Assembly: GCF_902459465.1 (NCBI RefSeq)
Contig: NC_047081.1
Span: 10,230,001 to 10,294,000 of the forward strand
Length of the DNA: 64,000 nt
Direction: 5' to 3'
Origin: Asterias rubens
Taxonomy: Eukaryota
Below are positions 57,924-64,000 of the stretch, one piece after another (position 1 is the stretch's first letter; each line of letters opens with the position of its first letter). The notes beneath the pieces were generated by a model. It saw only the letters and a program-made list of their open reading frames with translations. It was not told the DNA's origin and did not search any database. A program made the translations under genes and the position numbers.

Positions 57924-60900
57924 ATGAGTTGGTTAAGATCCGTACTGGGCTCGAATGAGGCTTCAGCTCAGCCGTCTGGGGCAGAAACAGTAAGTTTTGG
58001 TGGGCTGTCGATAGGCCGTCTGCTCTCTCGCTCTGTGTTTTTCTGTTTCTGTGGATTTGTTTTGTATTGCAATTTAGCATTGTATTTTTGTAATATTTTA
58101 TGTGACCGGCGTAAATTATAACAATAACAAGTCAACTCGACTTTGACTTTTTTGATTGGAAAAGTTTCCGTATGGCGCCACCACTTTTTCATTCGATATG
58201 AAATAATATAGTATTTAATTTACCTCAATGAGATATCCCTTTCTGTAAATATGAGTGAAAAAGTGGTGGCGCCATACGGAAAGTTATCCTTTTGATTTCC
58301 TCTCTAAGTTGTATATCTATTTTTTTTTTAGATCAAATGAAAATCAACAAAGAGAATATAGCAGCGCACAATAAGTATACCTTTACAAAACAAAAATAAA
58401 AAGGAAAGATTTCCATATTTGATTGTTATAAATAATAATATCTTGCCACCACCACACGGGCACGGCAAGCCAAAAGGAATATCTCATTAATTGTTGAGTA
58501 AAATTGAACATATGAAAAAAGGATAGCAGGATACAGACATTTTTGTCAAATTTTAAAACAATAAATTTGAAGCCAAATAACTGTTTACTTTTCTCTTTTT
58601 CTGATTTATATTTTGTATGGATTCTTTTTTTCTTTTTTTCTAGGTTGCTCGGCTTTGTGACCGAGTACAGTCTTCAACCTTACTTGATGACAGACGAGAT
58701 GCTGTGCGTGCCCTTAAGTCACTCTCAAAGGTAAGCATTCTTGCCCCTCCCACAACTACTGTGCCCTGTGCCCCTGCGGCAGTGATAATTGAGTGACTGC
58801 TTCAATTCTAAAAAAGGGGCTGGGCAGGTTTTGACGAGACTTACACACTTCATTTGAAAATCTTTGAGCTTATATAACAAAGAGAGAGCACTTTTTAAAA
58901 GTCTCCCCAAAGGACATAACTTGGAGACAGGAATTATTGACCTTCTGCGATGACAAAAAGCAATGTTTTCAGCTTGTAGTTAAAAACTTATTTTCCAAAA
59001 AGACCAAAAAAGTGATAGTTGGGGGAAGAAACCGCCGAACTAAAGCCTGAATGTATCAAATAAAGATATGTCAATAATAAACAATGAATGCTGTTGGAAG
59101 AAAAATTGTGTTTTTAACTTTGTTTTACAATTCTGCAAACTTTGTTTATATTCTTATCTGCCCTAGAAATTTCGCCTCGAGGTGGGGACCCAGTGCATGG
59201 ATGTGTTGCTCGGTGTCCTGCAGACAGACCGTAACGATTCGGAGATAGCGAGTTATGCAGTGGAAACACTTCTTAATGTCATTGCTCCTATCGTGGAAGA
59301 GGAAGATGGTAAGAAAGGTAGACCAGTACTTGCTTAAAAAACCCTCAAAATCTAAGGTTTAATCGTCCTGATTTTGCTTGGTGCAGGACTTTGTAATAAA
59401 TGCAGTACAAAAGTGTGAGGCCCTATTACTTGCCAAATAAACCTCTAAGTATCTATAAAAAGCAAACTCTTTTACCATGGCTTCTGACTGGCCCCCAAAC
59501 AAAGATATTGACAAAATAGGGAGACTGTCAACATAAGGCTTGATAGCTCAGTTGGTAGAGCCTCGGATGTAAACTCGGAGGTTGTTGGTTCGAGTCCCAC
59601 TCTAGTAAGTTTTTCTTTGTTCAACTCCAAATCTTTTACAATGAGTCAAAACAAAAAATTCTGAGAAAATCTAAAAAAACACCTTACGAAATATTTGAAG
59701 TTTCAAAACCTTTTCAGGGGAATTTCGCTCAAGCAATTAACCCTGCTGTTAATGATCTGGTTGATGTTTCAGAAGAGTTTCAGCAAGTGGATGTGGAGGC
59801 GAAGGAGCGAGAGAATCGAGTTCTCAGTGAGCAGTTCATTGATATCTTCCTTAAGAAGACGGACAATGTGTCCCTCTTGCTGAGCCTGCTAGAGGTAAGT
59901 TACTCAATCGTGTCATTCGGCTGAGCGGAGAAGAACACCGGACTCAAGCTCTAGTGTTTCTGATCAGCAGAGTGAGGGTCGAGTCCCGGGCATGACGCTT
60001 GTGTCCTTTACAAGCAAGACACTTAAAACCATTATTGCTGTGTCCTTTGGATGGGACAGAAAGTCGTTGGTCCTGTGTGTTGTTGTCCTATCAGGATGTT
60101 TGAGCGTGAAACCAGAGCTTGTTCTCACCAATACACTCTTGCTTTGCTGAGATGTAGACCAATGAGCCATTCCAATAGCTTTAATCAACATACTGCATCT
60201 CTTTAGAATCCCTTGCTAGGTGCATGCTTCTATCCTACAATCTAGACTGTTTTAAGAGGAATGTCAATTGCTACCTTCTCATGTTGAATGTGTGCTTCTT
60301 GTAGCCCCTTACCAAGAGTGGCTCTTAGCCTTGTTTGGGACAAACTTGCATTACAAAATAAGCAAAATAATATTTAGGTATTCTATTCCAACAATACTTG
60401 TAATTATTAAAAAAGGAATTATATGTTGTGCTCTCGCTCTCTCTCTCTCATCATTTCAGGAGTACGAGTTCCGAGTCCGGTGGCCAGCCATCCGTCTGAT
60501 GACCGCTCTTATTAACTTCCGGTCATCTCAAGTCCAGCAGAGCATCTTGGTCAGTCCCATGGGTGTCTCCAAACTGATGGATCTGCTCTCTGACAGCCGT
60601 GAGGTCATCCGTAATGATGTGAGTGTAGCAACATGGGTACAAGAGGGGTACAAGAGGGGTACACGAGGGGTACAAGAGGGGTACACGAGGGGTACAAGAG
60701 GGGTACAAGAGGGGTACAAGAGGGGTACAAGAGGGGTACACGAGGGGTACAAGAGGGGTACAAGAGGGGTACAAGAGGGGTACAAGAGGGGTACAAGAGG
60801 GGTACAAGAGGGGTACAAGAGGGGTACAAGAGGGGTACAATAGGGGTACAAGAGGGGTACAAGAGGGGTACAAGAGGGGTACAAGAGGGGTGTTGAGGTG

Positions 60901-63900
60901 TCTTTCATAACCTGTGAAGTCTTTGTCATCTTGTTTAGAATTCAGACGCCCTGTTAAGAATTGGGTCACCCTGTTTCGAATTTGGACACCCTAGATAAAG
61001 TGGACACCCTGTTTCTAATTCAATGTCCCTGCAATCTATTTATTGTAATTTTTTTGTTCATTTGTAGGGTCTCCTGCTCCTTACTGGTCTGACCAAGGGG
61101 AATGCCAACATCCAGAAGATTGTGGCCTTTGAGAACGCCTTTGATCTTCTCCTGCGAATCATCATGGAGGAAGGGGCTAGCGATGGAGGCATCGTTGTGG
61201 AAGACTGCCTCATGCTTTTGCTGAACCTTCTCAAGAAGAATAGCTCCAATCAAACGTTCTTCAAGGAGGGAAGGTGAGGGATGTTTGAAGCTTTAAATAG
61301 TACAGGGATGTAATTTCTCCATTTTTAAACGAAAATACTTTATTTTTTAAACCCCTACCCCCCCCCCCCCAAAAAAAAAAATTAAGATGAAGTCGTATGG
61401 AACACCCCAGGTTGTTGAGTAGGGCTGTCAAAACCAAAGATAAATGTATGTAAGCAGGCTTTGCACTTTGTTTACTTATAAATTGAAATCTTGAAGTTTT
61501 CTATTTTTTTGCATTCACAGTTTCGTTCAGCGTTTGTCCCCGTTCTTTGATCTTCAAACGATGATTCCTCAGAACCAAGACGGCACTTGGTCGACACAGA
61601 AAGTCCAGAATGTCCACTTTATGCTTCAGGTATGTATAGGATAATGCCCGAGGTGCGCGCCATGCGTGGGTAGAAATAGCAGAGGGTGAAGCTCAAGGGC
61701 CATTCGTATCCCACGCATGGCACGTACACCGGTGGCATTATTTGTTGTAAACCTCCACCTGTGACATTCCAGCGCTCCCTTATTTCGCACAAATGGCCTG
61801 ATATTGTTTAAAGGTAGCCATCTCCCCATTCGCGTGAAATAATGGTGGAACAATGGCAGGATGTCACAGGTGGACGTAAATACAAGAAAACCTCCTTCTA
61901 CTTCAGACCTTTTTGTTTTTCTAAAGATAAAATTGTTTCCTGTAATTTTTTTAACTTTTACTGTTCGTAGGTGGTTCGGAGTTTGGTCTCCCCGAACAAT
62001 CCCCAACAAGCAACGAGTGGTTGCCAGAAGTTAATCCACTCGTGCGGACTGCTGAAACAACTCTGTGGTATCCTGATGGCCAGCGGGGTACCAGCCGATA
62101 TCCTGACGGAGGTAAAGGGTTTTCAAATTTTCAGAAATTCAACTGAAGGAAATAAATTGTCTAGAAGTGGTGAAGAAAACTAAAAGCTCTTTCTGGATAA
62201 TCGGATTACTGTGATTTTTTTGTTTGGTATTCGTAGACGATCAACACAGTGTCAGAGGTCATCAGAGGCTGCAAGGTCAACCAGGATTTCTTCGCAGCCG
62301 TCAACGCCCCTTCCAGCCCTCCAAGGTACTAAGTTATTTCCAGTATTTTTAACCCTCCTACGTGAGTTGCTAATCCATCCGAGAACAAACCCTTGTTTTT
62401 TGGTTTTTTTTACCATTTTTTTCAGCCCCAAAGTTTAATTTAGTAGACTGTACAAAATACCCTGCTTGAGCCCCAATGTCACTTTAGTTGACTGTGCATC
62501 TTACAGAACCGATTCCTTCAGCTGATAAATGTTTTATCTTGAACATTCAAGGATCGTGATATACATGTGTATGCCAGAGATCTGCCATTGAGCCCATCAC
62601 CATAGCCACATTTGACCTCGCATCCTTTTCCCATGGCTTTCAAGGTTCTGAAGATTCGCAGTTAAATCTGATGTGCAAGTGTATACATATAAACCAATAC
62701 CTGTCTTTATCCTTGTGGATCAGGACAGGGGACCAGTCTAGTAAAAGTAAAGTAGGATTTGAAACTTTGCATGGTGGAAAGATGGAATGGAAAGGTTTGC
62801 GGTAACACCATGTAATGACTATCTCTAAATGAGCTGGGGCGGTTCTGAAAAGAACCGTTGGTTTCAACTCGACGTTTCGATCAGTAGCCTATGCTCTGAT
62901 CGTCTTCAGGAGAAAACTGGTAAATGCTGTTTTTTCTGCTCATGAATACAGGCCGGCCATTGTCGTTCTTCTCATGTCCATGGTGAACGAGAAACAACCT
63001 TTCATCCTCCGCTGTGCCGTTCTCTACTGCTTCCAATGTTTCCTCTACAAGAACGACGTGGGACAGGAGCAAATTATATCAACACTCCTCCCTGCCACTG
63101 CAGATGGTACGTTCCGATTTGTGTAGGAGATATATACGGGTCTGGTTATACCATTTGAGTTCAAAGGGGAAAAGCATGGATTGATATTCTGCCGCACGTG
63201 AACAAAAGTGTAATTGCTCAGAATTAGTTAGACCTTTGCCATATTGCAATAATACAGGGCAAAAAATATTAGCTTTTCTATGTTGTTTTAAGCCCATACA
63301 CTGGGTGCTTTCTCATACCTACAAAACAAAACCACAGGTTACACATTTATTTTACTCCTTGAACCACATCAGCTCCATGTGGAGCATACAGCCTGTGTTT
63401 TGGTTGTGGGAAAAGATAAACACAACTTATTGTTGGAACGTAAACAGTAACTGGATGACTTCTTTACACCAATGAGATCACTAACATACGGAGGAGCCAC
63501 ATGTAAACCACGTTAAGTTTTGTATGTTAAAATCAGAACTTTCAAATCAATACGAAATCTTAATTTTGTTTTACCCATACACCGATGTGTGTTAGCACTG
63601 TATAGTCAGTACTTTCTCGAGTCCTGTGAACAAATATCACAAGCATATTATTACTCGGGTGGGATTCGAACCCGCGACCCTTGCAATTCTAGAGCAGTGT
63701 CTAACAAACTAGACTGCCGAGGTTGCCTGGTAGCTAAAGGCAGTTCAAATCCTATGTTTTGGCAGCGGGTACCGCAACGTTATATAATAGACGCTAAATT
63801 TGCATCAGGGATAAAGAATATTAATTTGGGTTTTACGAAATTTGATAGGCAACTAATAAATCAATTCTTGGTTTCAGTGTCGGCCGTCACAGCGGGTCAG

Positions 63901-64000
63901 CTTCTCTGCGGAGGTCTCTTCAGTCAGGACCCGTTGTCCAACTGGTGTGCCTCAATCGCCCTCTCCCACGCCCTCAAAGATAACAACGTACAGAAGGAGC
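57924..64000 (+). CDS. USO1: General vesicular transport factor p115, 3'-truncated. Exons 57924-57989, 58644-58730, 59167-59308, 59773-59894, 60460-60618, 61068-61273, 61521-61629, 61971-62111, 62237-62325, 62952-63106, 63878->64000
   Basis: LCDRVQSSTLLDDRRDAVRALKSLSK, ILVSPMGVSKLMDLLSDSREVIRND, IQKIVAFENAF, SDGGIVVEDCL, GVPADILTETINTVSEVIRG, PAIVVLLMSMVNEKQPF and AGQLLCGGLFS. These are armadillo-head segments matching human p115 as recalled. Confidence 0.96.
58158..58289. mobile_element. MITE family R2, full copy with 8-bp TSD
   Basis: Both TIRs present. TSD TTTTGATT at 58150-58157 and 58290-58297. Confidence 0.9.
59495..59632 (+). mobile_element. tRNA-like repeat (family C) with a conserved 5' leader
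   Basis: A box TAGCTCAGTTGG and B box GGTTCGAGTCC. The leader TGACAAAATAG..CAACATA is shared with the reverse copy at 17471-17627. A 3' fragment lies at 21383-21425. Confidence 0.75.
59908..60095 (+). mobile_element. tRNA-derived SINE (family A)
   Basis: Degenerate A box (GGCTGAGCGG), B-box-like GGTCGAGTCC and GTGTCCTT..GCAAGACACTT core. A reverse copy lies at 26254-26506. Confidence 0.7.
60635..60891 (+). repeat. 11-bp G-rich minisatellite (GGGGTACAAGA) x~23
   Basis: Begins 16 nt after the USO1 donor at 60619. Variant units are GGGGTACACGA and GGGGTACAATA. Confidence 0.97.
61641..61887. mobile_element. Double-hairpin interspersed element in a USO1 intron
   Basis: Hairpin 1: ATAATGCC..GCCATGCGTGGG / CCCACGCATGGC..GGCATTAT. 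Hairpin 2: TCCACCTGTGACAT / ATGTCACAGGTGGA. A fragment of the same sequence lies near 57045. Confidence 0.6.
62772..62925 (-). mobile_element. Penelope-type pseudo-LTR fragment carrying a hammerhead
   Basis: Same architecture as 52648-52770 with a different primary sequence; ends ...GGTGTTACCGCAAACCTTTC. Confidence 0.7.
62861..62917 (-). ncRNA. Candidate minimal type I hammerhead ribozyme (palindromic ACGU stem III, dimer type)
   Basis: GUUUUCUC-CUGAAGA-C-GAUCAG[11 nt]CUGAUC-GAAAC-GUC-GAGuuGAAAC. The core is intact and stem II has 6 bp. Predicted cleavage is between 62871 and 62870. Confidence 0.65.
63565..63727 (-). mobile_element. tRNA-derived SINE (family B), reverse copy
   Basis: Reverse complement matches 44785-44958, with an intact B box GGTTCGAATCC. 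Confidence 0.75.

Noticed and set aside
59711-59772. Strong-looking acceptor TTTTCAG at 59717 for USO1
   Set aside because: It is phase 0 whereas the upstream exon ends in phase 1, which would give a stop. The phase-1 acceptor at 59772 restores homology. It could be used only with an unseen microexon.
60268-60969. Long ORFs with YPSCTPLVPLL / GTRGVQEGYKR repeats
   Set aside because: They are translations of the 11-bp intronic minisatellite. The flanking USO1 exons splice in frame without it.

Overview
Eukaryotic, intron-rich, AT-rich genomic DNA, most likely from a sea star (Asteroidea). The basis is the CDK1 sequence, including its C-terminal RLGQ, which matches starfish Cdc2 as I recall it; I could not run a search. 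The window holds nine spliced housekeeping-type genes, all with GT-AG introns that close in frame: NUDT13 (+, 5' end off-window), CNOT6/CCR4 (-), MRPL1 (+), DNAJC12 (-), SIRT1 (+), an unrecognised 145-aa four-TM protein (+), CDK1 (+), LARP7 (-) and USO1/p115 (+, runs off the 3' end). Three pairs are head-to-head, and the human orthologues cluster on 4q21-25 and 10q21-22. Introns and intergenic DNA are crowded with non-autonomous elements: TTAA/Kolobok-type, CWG/Harbinger-type, 8-bp-TSD hAT-type and other MITEs, tRNA-derived SINEs and Penelope-like remnants. The main second-look items are: (i) minimal hammerhead-ribozyme motifs of the Penelope-associated dimer type, one with an intact core; (ii) a Penelope GIY-YIG remnant whose antisense strand supplies a LARP7 3' splice site; (iii) a 132-bp MITE family found only just behind first coding exons; (iv) a near-perfect 54-bp hairpin in a LARP7 intron; (v) a tandemly amplified splice donor in CNOT6; (vi) a compound DR5 nuclear-receptor element. 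Gene identities come from recalled homologous sequences and motifs, not database searches.
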